From: Eledone cirrhosa
Taxonomy: Eukaryota
Length of the DNA: 64,000 bases
Direction of reading: 5' to 3'
NCBI GenBank assembly: GCA_964016885.1
Contig: OZ024742.1
Span: forward strand, 269,762,001-269,826,000
Shown here: in pieces, positions 25,330-38,752 of the stretch
Layout: each line of letters starts with the position of its first letter
How positions within the stretch are numbered: position 1 is the first letter of the stretch
Notes under the pieces: generated by a model
What the model was told of the DNA's origin: nothing
The model's database searches: none
What the model saw: only the letters and a program-made list of their open reading frames with translations
Program-made: the position numbers and the translations under genes

Positions 25330-27030
25330 TTCCTGGCGATTCTTTGTTGGAGAGGTATTTCGTATGGCTCCCCTAATAGCTTTCATTGACGACATTACAG
25401 TCCTTGTCACAGAAGAAGATGATACACGTAGTTTACTGGGAGAGTTGGATTAAATGTTTTCATTTTCCAGAATTAAGTTCTAGCCACAGAAATCTGGGAG
25501 CCTCACTCTGCGAAAAGGGTAAGTAGCGGAATCAGCGGAATTTACGGCAGACAATCAAAAGATCCCAACAATGACTGAGAAACCAGCCAAAAGTGTCAGA
25601 TGTTTGTATGATGACCCTCTGAAAGTTACGAAAAAGTGAAACGACACTAAGCAAAGGGCGGAAATAGGTCTGCAGGTCATAGATAAATGTGGCTTCTCTT
25701 GCAAATATTAGGTTTGGAGCTTGTAATTCAAGTTGATCCCAAAGCTTCCCTGATATCTACTGATATATGCTATCAGCTCTAGTACGGTGGAGGACATGGA
25801 GACCATGGAAGCCAAAATCAATGAATACGCACAGAAGTGGACTGGTGTCTGATTAGGTCTCACTGATGCTGCACTCTTCTGCTGTGAGGCCAAGCTGCAC
25901 CTCAAACCCATCGTTGAGGAGTACAGTGAACATTGCAAAGCTATTTACCATGCTTGAGAACTCGGAAGCCAATGTCATGAGGTCTAAACGGCCCAGGTTT
26001 AAAATGGAAGGTCCAGGAGGCATATATGCAGCAAAAGAAAGCTTCAAGTTCAGAGATACAATGGGACACATTCAGGCTAATGGGAAAGAACTGGGCGTAA
26101 ATAAATAGAAGTGCTGTCACAAGCCAGTCGAAAGATGAGAGATCTGATTTTACAGGGTTTGAAGAAAGAAACGTGTTCCAGAAGACAATGGAAGGCAGTT
26201 CAACGGAGAAATCAGGGCCAGTGGATGACGTGAGTAGGTGGATCTCAGAGGTGTCTCAGTTGGAATGATTTGTGGCATATGGCACCTCTCAAAATCCGTT
26301 TTCTCTTCTGTTCTGTCTATGATATCCGGCCTTCGTATACGAATTCAGTCACGTGTTGCATATCACATAAACCGAGTGCCCACTCTGCCAAGATAGACAG
26401 ACAGTGGAACGCGTTCTAAATACATGCAGGTTAGCGCCAGCCCAGCGAATATAAACGCGGAGACACAAGCAAGTGCTGAAGTACATCGTACATGTGATAA
26501 ACACGGTAAAAGTAAAATCCGTAGAAAGATAATATCCAAACAATTGTTTACGGGTGGAGGAGAAAATCATGGCCAGCAAGAGCTATGCCATACATAGCAC
26601 GGGAATAGTCTTCTGGGTGATTGACTAATGGAAATGTACAGCAGACGTCGCAGGGAAACCTAAATAACCAGAAATCAGTAGAAAGAATAGTTTGAAGCCG
26701 GACATCGTACTGCATTCCACTCCATCAAAACAACTGATTTTGAATGAACCTGCCGTGACATTTGAATGTTGATTTGAAGGCGCACACGTATTCAAAACCC
26801 CAAAATACGCCAGTCTGGCCAAAAGCCTGATGGAACCCAAATTTGTTGCCATAAAAGTTGGATTCAGAGGGTTTGGAGGAAATTATGCCTAAAATCTCAT
26901 CATTACAGAACTTTTCGTCTCTCGCAAGACAAGGTCCTACACCCTTAAGGTAATATATGAGGTAGTGGAAATGAGTTCCAGCTAGATCTAGTCAAGGAGG
27001 AACAAAAACAACCCCCATATCACGTGAGAG
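25330..27030 (+). mobile_element. Hero-clade (RLE) non-LTR retrotransposon, 5'-truncated and heavily degraded
   Basis: Manual translation gives AFIDDITVL (RT5), IPTMTEKPAKS, QGQW, WNDLWHMAPLKIRFL..SVYD, CPLCQ..TVERVLNTC..RHKQVL and LKPDIVL, in the order typical of Hero elements. Confidence 0.72.
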
Positions 27031-27559
27031 GCATCGCGTTTTATTTTAATTCACGCTAAGTGACGTTACACCGTGTCATTCGTACTTTGTAGTGCTGTAT
27101 ATTGTATGTCGACGTCTTACCGCAAACATGAATACAAACGTTATTTTCCAATTCAAGAAATCGTTGAATATAAGATTGAAAGTAAAGGTAACGGAAAGTA
27201 GTTCCAAATAGATCTTATAAACTAAATCACCATACGGTTCAAATCCACAGCAAATCTCCGATTTCCGAAAGAGGTGGCGTGTGTGATGAAATCAATATAA
27301 GTATAAATTGGTTAAGTGTGGGAATGAAAGAGGGAAATGTTGATGAAATAGGTTGGGAAATGGCGGAATGGATCCGTACGTTTGGAGATATACCGTTAAA
27401 TTGGCGGCAGCGCTTCGTTTGTAGAAATGAGTGTATTCAGATTTTAGAGTATGTGTCGAGCTAATGAGTATGTTTTGTGCAGATTGATACATGCAGTCTA
27501 TGTGGATATACAAATTTGGAGAATTGCTACATGCATTACTTGTCTAAAGGTTATCGTGG

Positions 27560-28480
27560 TATAGATATTCCTTGTTGTGGTAGGGTGTCAAACTAAAGCA
27601 GGCTTTGTGTTAGGGCGTGATATGGAAATTGGCGTATGTAATCTCAGTCGGCTAGAATTTGTAGATTCCTGGTTTTACTTTTGTCGTCAGAAGCTGATCT
27701 TCGATGTGCAATTAATAAGTTTGCTGCCGAAGTGTTACACGACAGGAATGGAAATATGTACTGTGAATTCTGAAATAATCGTCCCTAGAGGGACGCATGC
27801 GCAGCGAACGTTACATGTGAGTGCAACTCCACTGAAGCAAGTAGTGATGTCTAAGTATCTTGAGTGATGGAAATCATTGGATAGAAGTAATTGCAATAAT
27901 TGTAGTAGCTGGTCCAATAATGCACTAGGTTTAGCACTCGGTTATCAGAAGGAGTGTATGGTTAAAATCAAAACATGCAATCTTCAATTCGGTATTTGTG
28001 CCAAGACTTAACGGCGACAAATCCTTAGCTTAGTATTCGGAAGTACTCTACAAACCAGAGACAAAAGTGCAATAAGGTTGAAATACATAAGATTACAAGT
28101 TGGGAAATAGTATGAGCTTATGTGATGATGTGAGCACCGTCATTTAAGTCTATGTTTCGCAATATACGCATATAATGTAATATTATGTATATAGAAGCAT
28201 GTTTAGACTCCGGTGAGCGAAGTTTGAAAATAGTAGGATTCACTGTAACATTTAACTTAAAATAGATTTACAATGGACAGATTTTACGGGGAAAAGCGAC
28301 CGTTAGGAGACCCAGGGGTTGACCCCTAGCAAGATAGATAGATAAAATCCATGAGCTTGACTGGTCACGCTTGGAGATTCAGTCGGATCAAATGGAGATG
28401 GTTGCCTCTAACAAGACCCACTGGAATAAGTGGGCGAAGAAGAAGAAGAAGAAGAAGAAGAAGAAGAAGAAGAAGATGGT
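27560..28480 (+). mobile_element. RTE-clade LINE 3' fragment with (AAG)n tail, very degraded
   Basis: Remnants KHAIFNSVFVP, GKRPLG and WSRLEI; AAG tract at 28437-28476. Confidence 0.55.
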
Positions 28481-28979
28481 TATGGACACACATCTTTTGT
28501 TTGCCGGACAAGAAGGTTGCCATTATGCCAATGAATACACCCGGTTCCTTCTGTTATTTTAACAATCATATATATATATATATATACATTTCCGAATATA
28601 TATTCAGATATGTATGGTCCGAATGGTGGATCGCTCAAGGTAACTTACACTTCTTACCTACACAAAGCTGTCTTCCTCACTGATTAACCTCTAATCGGTT
28701 TGGCTCGAATTCTGATAATACGGAAACAACCGAATTCCATTCTATTCCATAAATGTTGTACCATAATTATTTTTTTAATTTCGAATGGGCTAATCTGTAT
28801 TTAAATTGCAATTTGAATTTTCTTACTTTGCTTATTAAATATTGATTTAATTTATTTAGTGTTTGCAACCATGTCTTTGAATTCTTTATGAAAGCATCAT
28901 GTTAGAGTGCTTCTGGCACGAGTGAGGAAATGACAGATGCTGTGGCCATTCTATATTCTATTCGATAAGCTTTGTTCCA

Positions 28980-29037
<58 letters not shown>

Positions 29038-29185
29038 ATACTTTGGGAGGGTCATGTTGCCAATAAGAAACACACGCACCAGATGTATCCACATCAATTT
29101 ATTATAAATTATATTTAGAAATTTAGGAATTTATAAATTTCTGGTTGGTTGGTTGGTTCCACAACCAGATGATTGTTCATATATT

Positions 29186-29228
29186 GTCAAAGTTCTTTCG
29201 TCACACATTATGTGACCTCTTCAGTGAC
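29186..29228 (-). ncRNA. Minimal type I hammerhead ribozyme in the PLE 3' UTR
   Basis: GUCA-CUGAAGA-G-GUCACA(UAAUG)UGUGAC-GAAA-GAAC-UU-UGAC. Confidence 0.75.
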
Positions 29229-29421
29229 TGGGGATTATTTTCTTTGTTTTTGTGCCTCTCCTTTGTTCTGTCCTACGTCATCTTGTTTTTGTGTGTGCTG
29301 TGTGCTTAGTTTGCGCATGTGTTACATCCGGGTGTCTGTGTGTGTTTATATTTGTTTATTTATTTGTTCATTTACATGATACTGGTTGCTTCTATGTGTG
29401 TGTGTGTGTTTTCATTTTTCC

Positions 29422-30237
29422 TTAGTTGTAAGTTGTGATGTTACTGTTCCATTCATATTTTCTATTTAATTTTGGTTGGAGTTCATTTATGTTTATTGCC
29501 TCTGTGATTTGTCTAAACATTGCGTGTTTTCTGTGTGTAGATTCTATTTTTATTTCTATGTTCTCTAATTTACCCGTATGTTCTATTTTAGCATGATGGT
29601 GGAGTATTGATGATTCTTTTTTATCTTGAAGTTTTCGCCAGTGTTCATTTATCCGTTCCCCTATACTACGAGCTGTCTCACCTATGTACACTATATTTTT
29701 ATCTCTACATTGTCCTTCACTACATCTTATGCTATATACTACATTTCTAGTTTTACAGTTAATATGGGGGCTTAATTTACAGATTATACATTTCTTATAT
29801 ATACAGGGAGGTCTTTGAAAAGGGTATGTATTGCTAATAAGTGTTTTTATGGAGGTACCTGTTCTTTCTTCTATCTTAATATTGAGTTTATGTTTATCTA
29901 GGGCCCTTCTAAATGTGTAAGCTAATTCACCTCTAGGGGTTGTATCGATGAACATTACACTCTGGTATGTATTGCTATCATACCATGAGTTTATTCTATT
30001 AACCTTATTCCTTGTTCTTTCTATTCTATTCCAAAAGTTGCTCCTATACAAGGGGCAGGTCCCATTTGCATAATTATTTACCATTTTTTCCCATTTGGTT
30101 CTGGCTCCTCTATATACTCTGATTTTATCTCTCTGATTGTAACCAGAGAACTGCATACGGTTGATGAAGTGTTGTATGTGTCTCTCTAGTTCTTTGGGGT
30201 TGCACAAGCGGGACACGTTTCTCATCACCCGTACCAA
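29422..30237 (-). CDS. Intact C-terminal part of the PLE ORF (RT thumb, linker, GIY-YIG endonuclease)
   Basis: 271-aa ORF with GIY-YIG motifs; upstream parts are frameshifted, so probably a pseudogene fragment. Confidence 0.75.
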   Translation of the reverse strand: MVRVMRNVSRLCNPKELERHIQHFINRMQFSGYNQRDKIRVYRGARTKWEKMVNNYANGTCPLYRSNFWNRIERTRNKVNRINSWYDSNTYQSVMFIDTTPRGELAYTFRRALDKHKLNIKIEERTGTSIKTLISNTYPFQRPPCIYKKCIICKLSPHINCKTRNVVYSIRCSEGQCRDKNIVYIGETARSIGERINEHWRKLQDKKESSILHHHAKIEHTGKLENIEIKIESTHRKHAMFRQITEAININELQPKLNRKYEWNSNITTYN

Positions 30238-32052
30238 ATCCGCAATCAGTATGTTGATTTTAGTATGGTCCGAAAAGCTGAGTTTCGGTGGATGAGATAT
30301 TTGGAAGTCATGGGTTTGGCATAATGGGAATGGAGGATGTGTGTTTTTGTTATTAATGGTATATAACCAGAGCTATGTGTCTAGTACAGGTAATCGATGG
30401 GTGGGGTGTTTGCTTGGGTAGTCTATAGTAAATCTAATACTCTGGTGGATGCTGGTAACTATTTGCTGGATGCTTTCCATTGTGTTTTTCTCTAATTCCT
30501 AGTGGGGTGTTTTTACTACGATGTTTATATCATCAAAGTAGCGGGAGTACATTATCAGGGTTAAGGGGTTGCTGTCTTCTAATTGTCCTTTAAGTTTAAG
30601 TTTAAGTCTATTGCCTCACCATACCATGAATAGGTTAGCTATGTCACCTGCAATGCTAATACCGTAGGCTGCTCCCTCCTCTTTGGCATATGTTTTCCAT
30701 TAAATTTGAACATATGTTCCTTAAAGGTTAATTTTATACTGGCCTCCACCGCATGTGCAATCATTTTCTTTAGTTCATCGTGGTTTTCGGGGGTCCGTAT
30801 GGCTCTGGTCCACTCCTTCCATCTATCTGTGTGCGTTTTCTTGGCCATTGAGGTAATGGTACGTGGTCTGCCTCTTGCAGGTCTTGTAGGGCACAGGTTG
30901 CCAAGGCCATATGTAATAGATAATCATTACTATATGTAAGTTTAAGTAAGGAGTCCCAGCTCACTGGTATTAATCCCACGGAATTCAACATTGCTCTCAC
31001 TGATAATTTCTACGCATTTCTCCACAGCAAAATCCACGTCAATAGATGGATACAGGGACACAACATCTGTATAACCTATTATGCAGTTTGTTAGGTCCCT
31101 AGATCGGTTACTCTCGCCGATTCTGCTGAGGAGGTCCTCCGTGCTGTCACATATATCTGGGGACATTTCAATGATGGGGCCTATGATCAGGGAGAGGAAG
31201 TAGGAAATTCTGTAGTTACTAGCAATGTTAGTTCCACAGACTAGCCGTGTTGGTGGACCTGTGACATTGTCACTGCTCGTTTTATGGTATTTTCGAAGCC
31301 CATACAACGCTGGTACGTCATTGTTCCAGGCCTGGAAGTTGTTGGCAGTCCTTTTGTTGGGCTGCATTATATTCGTCCACATCATCATATGGGCATTGAG
31401 GGTTTTTTCCCTATCCTCATGCTCTTGTGATGTTACTACTCTTGTGTTAGTGATGTGGGGTTGCATTGCCTGGATGTAGTTTGACAGACTGTCAACCGAC
31501 ATTCTGCCAGACTTGTCTGTTGGAAAGCATGTATTCTCTCCATTACGCGAGCGGTGCATGAGCTTACGCAAGCCATTTGCAGATTTGTCTCCCAGTTGCT
31601 GGCTCTCCATTCTATTTTGCTTCTTGCTATACTGTTCTATAATATTTTTAAGTTTAGATCTAGCTATACTAAATTGTGTTTCTGTTTGTTCATCAACCTG
31701 CGACGGCAATTACATGCGTTTGTTAAAAGCTAAAGTTGTGGCGTGGACTCTTCGCAGGTCGAATGACATATCGGAAGGATTATAAAAATTAGAGTTCCAG
31801 GCTGCTGCTTTATGTGTACTAATGGTATTGTTTTGTTAGTTGTGTTGTTTCTATTTCTATTTCCACCAACAGCCTCATGGTTGTTTCTATGTCTCTCATT
31901 AATACTCCTGTCTCTTTCCTCTGGCTCATTGTTATTATCTACTCTATTTTCTGTGTCTTTCCTATTGGCAACATGACCCTCCCAAAGTATAACAACATCG
32001 GTTTCAACACACGTTTTCAGATAAAGAATCTTGCTAGACAAATTCAGAAACG

Positions 32053-32136
<84 letters not shown>

Positions 32137-32869
32137 CTACATAATTGGTCATTTGACCTGAAAGGATGTCAATTTAGATTTTCGAAAATACAAGCTACCT
32201 TATTTCGAGAACATTGATGTATAAAATGTATTTATATCCACTATATCCTCGTGTACCTATGCATCCACACCAGTCAGCACATACTTATATACTAAAATCT
32301 TAATTTATATTACTTTTAATGACATCAGATTTGTTTTGTTTAATCATTTTACTTTTATCAACATCATTTTCGATACATGATAGCTGGAAATCATTCGGCT
32401 AATCTAAAAGAAAATTAATCTCCTGATATTTCCATAGCAAACATGTTCATTTTATTATCATAGCAAGAAATTGTTCTTCTCACTCCACATAATGACGTAA
32501 TATATGTTAGACTTATATAAGCTTTAATTACAACTGTATAACATTACAAACGAGGAAGGGATAAAGAAGGGAAGATCTGTCTGTGTGCGGAAGTAGAAGA
32601 AATGACTGTAAAATCCATACATTAGTGGAGAAGAAGGGAAAATTCAATTACGAAATCATCATTGCATATCAATTGCCCATCGCAAGAGAATATCTTCATG
32701 TAGAGCCCTTATTTCTTCCGTTTTTTTTTAATTCTAAAGGCAATAATTAGCGGTAGTCTTTTTTAAATATATACGTCTGTGTCTACAGATTGATATTTCC
32801 CAGATTCAGATGTTTCCGTATAGGTTGAAAGCAGAAATTATTTGCTTAAATTTTAATGTGTACAAATGA

Positions 32870-32995
32870 TTGTTTCTACTCTTGGCATAAGGCCAGCAAT
32901 TACTCAGTGCGTTACTGGTACTTTATTTGATCGACCCTGTAAGGATCAAAGGCAAAGTTAACCTCGGCGGGATTTGAAGTCAGACCATAACGGGC
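32870..32995 (-). mobile_element. SINE fragment
   Basis: Homologous to 12004-12167. Confidence 0.8.
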
Positions 32996-33224
32996 CATAT
33001 ACTTATGTATTCTTTATCGAGCCCTCGTCGCATTTTGGTCTTTTTAATCATATTTACTGTATATATATATATATAAATGAAGTAATTCCGTCGGAAAAGT
33101 CCAGGAAAAAAGAGTGCTCTATGTAGGTAACATAGTTTAATAGTTATGTAATAAACAACATAAGGCAATTATTCCATTTACCAGTGGCTTCTTAAAAGCA
33201 AAAGATTTTGCTTTCGATCCTCAG

Positions 33225-34172
33225 AATGAAAAAACCCTTTTAAGAAAACCCACTGTACCAATAGGAAATGTATCATATGTAAGGTGAACCCCCGGATAAA
33301 CTGTAAAACTAGAAACGTAGTCTATATCATAAGGTGTACAGAGGGTACTTGCAGAAACCTGACAACAACATACATAGACAAAACAGCTCGTAGCATAGGT
33401 GAAAGGATAGACCAACACTGGGGGGAACTAAAAGGACGAAAAAACGGGTCAGTACTATACGAACATGCTAGACAACAACATGACGGTAACATAGACAACA
33501 TAGAAATTAGAATAATATCTAAACATAGGAATGACCCAGCAGATAGGCAAATCAGAGAGGCCAGTGAAATAGAAATTAGAAGACCAAAGCTAAACAGAAA
33601 GAATGAGTGGAACAACAACAACACCCAAACAAACAACACTGACCTAAGAGAAGTATAAATAAGTAAATAAAATAAAATAAAATAAGATAAATAAATACAT
33701 ACACAAGCACAATAACAACAAGCACATAAACACACACTAGTCACCCAGCAGACACAACACTATACACACTAGTCACACAGCAAACATAACACTATACACA
33801 CACGCAAACGCATGCGTAAAGAAGACAAAATAAAATAAACAAACAAGCATATAAATAAATAAATATATAGACAGACTGAATAAAAAATGGCGTAGACATA
33901 CAACACAACAGGAGGAAAAATATAACACCACTGACGATGTTGCAGATGTGCAACGAAAGATTTATGTAAATTATATAAACTATATATATGTGTTTGTGTC
34001 TATATTGTATCTGTATTATTTTTGACCGTCGGTCAGTCAATGGCAACATTGAGGACCGATTAAGTTAGATCGCAGATATAAAAGACAGCGAGAAGCGAAA
34101 ACCAACCAAACAGTGAGTGTGTTCTGTTATTAATTCTGGCAATATAACACAAATATGACCCTCCCCAAGTAT

Positions 34173-34178
<6 letters not shown>
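33225..34178 (+). mobile_element. PLE 3' fragment (GIY-YIG and 3' UTR), related to 29033-32055
   Basis: CKTRNVVYIIRC..C..YIDKTARSIGERIDQH..RQIREA; ends ATGACCCTCCCCAAGTATAACAA followed by (TA)n. Confidence 0.88.
33927..33968 (+). ncRNA. Minimal hammerhead ribozyme, partly degenerate, in the PLE 3' UTR
   Basis: CA-CUGACGA-U-GUUGCA(GAUG)UGCAAC-GAAA-GAUU-UA-UG; stem I is weak. Confidence 0.65.
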
Positions 34179-34208
<30 letters not shown>

Positions 34209-34604
34209 ATATGTATATGTATATGTATATGTATGTGTGTATGTATATGCATAATTACATACAGTGATTTAATACTTATTTCCATTGATCATTTGCTCAA
34301 GGAACTGGTTGAGTGCTCTAAATCTGCTATAAACATTTATCCCCTTTTCTAAATATATTTTTTTATTTATTATTTGTTGTATTCCCAACTCTTTCTTTTT
34401 CTTTTTCTTTTTCTTTTTCTTTTTCTTTTTCTTTTTATATATACAATATTTATGTTTTTTTAATATATATAATATTTATGTTCTTTCTTATATATATATA
34501 TATATATAATTATATGTGTGTGTGTGTGTATGTATGTATGCATACATATGTGTATGTATATGTGTGTGTAGGTATATGTATATATATATATATGTGTATA
34601 TTTA

Positions 34605-34667
<63 letters not shown>

Positions 34668-34670
<3 letters not shown>

Positions 34671-35307
34671 AAAGTTCTATTTAAATTGTTGGGATACAAC
34701 AAGCAAATATTTTTATAACTGATATAAAGCACTCAACAAGTATTTTGAGTAAACATACGATATTAACAAATGGAAACTATATTTATAAAACCATATTTAT
34801 TTTATTATACATATTTCAAGGACACCAAGTTAAATTATACTGTGCTTTCATCAGACAAAATATAATATAGATCAGTTTTATAAGTAAATATTGATATACC
34901 CTTAAAAATGCAACCATTACTGTTGGAAGTTCCCGGATAGTGGAGTTGTTTACTTATATTATTATTAGTATAGGATATTTTTATTTTTAAAATAAGCCGT
35001 TGGGTTATAGAGAAACAAAAAGAAGGAGAGTTTTCGTCCTCTCCCCTTCTCTCTGTCTCCTCTCTCTATCTATATCTTTCTCTCTCTGTTGTTTTGGTAT
35101 CTCTCTCTTTTTTCTCTCTTTTTCTTTCTTTCTCTCTTTTTTCTCTCTCTCCTTCTTTTTCTTTCTCTGTAACCCAACGGCTTATTTTAAAAATAAAAAA
35201 TATCCAATACTAATAATAATATAAGTAAACAACTCCACTATCCGGGACCTTCCAACGGTAATGGTTGCATTTTCTAAGAGTATGTCAATATTTATTTATA
35301 AAACTGA

Positions 35308-35310
<3 letters not shown>
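34668..35310. repeat. Non-coding repeat with an internal inverted repeat (34869-35012 vs 35162-35310); another inverted copy at ~50100-50380
   Basis: Direct reverse-complement matches; the two copies give similar spurious ORFs (MLYISYK...). Confidence 0.75.
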
Positions 35311-35366
<56 letters not shown>

Positions 35367-36260
35367 TAGAGTTAAACAAGGTTCATATAAATATATCTAA
35401 GAATGAGTTGTACACACATACATATGTGGGTGTTTGTATTTGTATGTATGTGTTTGTGATATGTATATATATATATATGAATGTGTATGTATGTATGGAT
35501 ATGTATGTATGTATATATGTATATATACATATGTGTGTGTGTGTGTGTGCGTATATATGTATATGTGTGTGTGTGTATGTATATGTGTATGCGTATGTAT
35601 GTGTTTATGTATTTGTATATGTATGTGTGAGAGTGTGTGTATGTATTTATTTTTACGTATGTATGTGTACGTGCATTTGTGTGTATTGCTTACCACGTGT
35701 GTTTGTTCATTTATGTGTTGCCTGTATCGCTGTCAACGCTATAATATTCTTTATATTCATTTTTATTTTTTTATTATTATATATTTTTTTCTTATATTTA
35801 TTTGTGTGTGTGAGTATGTAGGTGTGTGTACATATTTCTATATTTGTGCATGCGTATGTATGCGTGTATATATGTGTGTATGTATGTGTATGTATGTACG
35901 TGTGCATATACATATGATTGTGTGTATATATGTATGTATGTGTATGTATATATGTATGTATATGTATGTGTATATATATATATATGTATATATATGTATG
36001 TGTGTGTATGTATGTATATATATGTTCATGTATATATATATATATATGCATGTATATATGTGTGTGTGTGTATGTACGTTTGTGTATTTGTATGTATGTG
36101 TATGTATGGATATGTTGATATTTATGTGCGTATGTATGTGTATATGTATGTGTATGTATATATACACACATATATATATATGTGTGTGTGTATATGTGTG
36201 TGTGTATGTATATATATATATATGTGTATGTATATAATTGTGTGTGTGTGTGTTTGCATG
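35311..36260. repeat. Compound (CT)/(TA)/(TG)/(TATG) microsatellite field
   Basis: Seen directly; all ORFs here are low-complexity artefacts. Confidence 0.95.
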
Positions 36261-36629
36261 TGTGTTTTATTTTTCCTTTCCTTCTTCCTTTTCCAGCCTC
36301 ACTTTCATATAGATTATATTTTTGCTTTTAAAATCAAACGTCAATAAATACCCCAGGATGTTTTCATTCTGATGATTGAAAACAACATTTGTTTGCTTTT
36401 AAGGAACCACTGATAAATGAAATAATTGCCTTATGTTGTTTATTACATAACTATATATATATATATATAGGAGGTGTGTTTTATTGTCGCACAATAAAGC
36501 AATGCAAATATCGGATAAGTAGCACTCTACAATGTGTAGGACTGGAGTATAAATAATGTAAGATCTGGAGTATGAATAATATAACCATCTTTTGATCTTA
36601 TATTATATATATATATGTGTGTGTGCGTG

Positions 36630-37598
36630 TGAACGAAAAATGGCGTGCTGCGATGTTGCGAATATGAACATATGAATAAAATTAGACCAAGAAACAAGAT
36701 TGTCCGTCATCAGTTGCCTGCTGATTATCATTGGTATTTCTTCGCATTAAAGACTAGATACCCACAATCAGTGCGAGCGATAACTAAATGATGTTATCGG
36801 GACAGAGCAAAAGAGAGGAAAGGAAATAAACAACATGGTAGTAATACAACGTAAAGAGAGGAAAAGAGAGACAAGTCAATGAATCTTGTGGGCTTAAGTC
36901 CGACAAATCAAATGACGAGAAGATACAGACGCGTCCGAGCCACGAGAAAAGTGAGAGAGGAAAGAATATTTCACGCAGGTCAGACGGGAGGAAGTGAGAG
37001 AGAAGGACTAGCAGAGAGTGAGTGAGTGAAAGTGTGACTCGGTCTATTTTTATTCATATGTTCATATTCGCAACAATGCAACACACAATTTTCACTTCCA
37101 TATATTTGTTTTCCCTTCACTGTGGTTCGTATTTTTTATGTCACCTTACTGCTATCCTCTTTCTCTATCCACCTCTCTCTTTTCACCTCTTGCTTTCCTC
37201 CACTCCCGCTGATGGTCACTCATTCTCGGCTGGCACTTTCCTCACACTATCACTCACTCACTCTCTGCTACTCCTCCTCTCTCACTTCCTCCCGTCTGGC
37301 CTTCGTGAAATATTCTTTCCTCTCACACTTTTCTCGTGGCGCGGACGCGTCTGTTTCTTCTCGTCATTTGATTTTTCGGACTTAAGCCACAAGAATCATT
37401 GACTTGACTCTCTTTTCCTCTCTTTACGTTGTATTACTACCATGTTTTTTGTTTCCTTTCCTCTGTGTTCCTCTGTCCCGTTAACTTAATTTTGTTATCG
37501 CTCGTACTGATTTTAGGTATCTAGTCTTTAATGCGAAGAAATAGCAATGAAAATCAGCAGGCTAATGATGACGGACATTCTTGTCTCTCGGTCTATTT
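36630..37598. repeat. Inverted pair of a ~0.55-kb non-coding repeat
   Basis: 36690-37037 is the reverse complement of 37242-37585; 36630-36690 is inverted at 37038-37100; CTCGGTCTATTT occurs at both 37038 and 37587. Confidence 0.8.
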
Positions 37599-37599
37599 A

Positions 37600-38537
37600 T
37601 ATATATATATAAAACAGAGGATGTCTGTCTGTGTGTCTGTTTCCCTAAAACTCGAGAAGTACCCAACAGTTCTTTTTCAAACTTTACACATGTAACCCGT
37701 ATGGCCCCGGAAGTGTTTTGAGCAAAACATAATTTCAAATTATTCTGACCTAGGGATCGAATAAGTGAAGTGGCCAATGCATGTACATAATGATGGAGTG
37801 AGAGGGGAGAGAAAGAAACGGAGAGGTGAAGTGAAGAAGTGGCTCTCTACTCCTCCTCCTCCTTCTCCCCATTCGTTTTTCGATAGAGGGGATAAATGTG
37901 AACGAGTTACAGAGAGAAAGAGTGAGAGTGAAAGAAACCGACAGACTAAAAGAGGGGGATAGCGGCAGAGAGTGAGAGAGAGAGAGAGAGAGTGACAGAC
38001 GCCGTCTTTTGAGAGTTGTATGCGTCAAAGATACATGACAGTGGAATAACTATTGCATGTGTGTGTAAGTGCGCGCGTGTGTGTGTGAGTGTGTGTGCGT
38101 TTGCATGCGTGAGTGTGTATGTGTGCGTGAGTGATTATAAACTCTCTCACATGGTCTGATGGAATTAACCCTTTAGCATAAATATATAAATGTATAACAT
38201 TATTTATTATTATATACATTACTCTTACAATCCATATATAGACACACACACGCACTGATCGCGTCATAATGACGTAATGCAGACATCAGACATACAGACA
38301 TATATTATAAGGGCGCAACGTTATATCTATGTATTTATCTAAAAAGAAAGACTAAGGATTATAGAGAGAGATCGCTAAACCGCCTCATGCGGTCCCTATG
38401 GCAATAAATTTGAAATATTATTTGCTCAAAGGACCATAAGTATTACATGTGTAAAGTTTGAAAACAATCGGTTGAATGGTCCTCAAGTTTTAGTGAGCTG
38501 ACATTTAGACAGACATACATTCTCTGTTTTAGATATA

Positions 38538-38589
<52 letters not shown>

Positions 38590-38736
38590 TATATTCGTGT
38601 ACAGATATTTTTGCATACACAATAACAAAATATAAATAAACGTATTTATTTCACGAGGCTCAATAAGGATAAATATATATCAAATATATAAAAACCCTAG
38701 AGAAAATCCCGAGTAACGCCGGGCCATTCTGCTCGT
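37600..38736 (+). mobile_element. Non-autonomous Helitron-like element containing an inverted copy of its 5' end
   Basis: 5' ATATAAAACAGAGGATGTCTGTCT is inverted at ~38440-38535; 3' hairpin CCCGAGTAACGCCGGG followed by a degenerate CTAG (GCTCGT). Confidence 0.55.
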
Positions 38737-38752
38737 ATATATATATATATAT

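Larger units (their letters stand above)
29033..32055 (-). mobile_element. Penelope-like element (RT plus C-terminal GIY-YIG; Neptune/Naiad-type), degenerate, in (TA)n
   Basis: PTDKSGR, PALYGLRKYHK, DVVSLYPSI; Cys-rich linker CIYKKCIIC; NVVYSIRC..C..YIGETARSIGERINEH..H..H; RQITEA. Flanked by (TA)n on both sides. Confidence 0.92.

Noticed and set aside
29033-32055. Selenoprotein-type (in-frame UGA) PLE, as known for some Naiad elements
   Set aside because: The copy is too decayed to separate programmed UGA from mutation, and I recognised no SECIS element.
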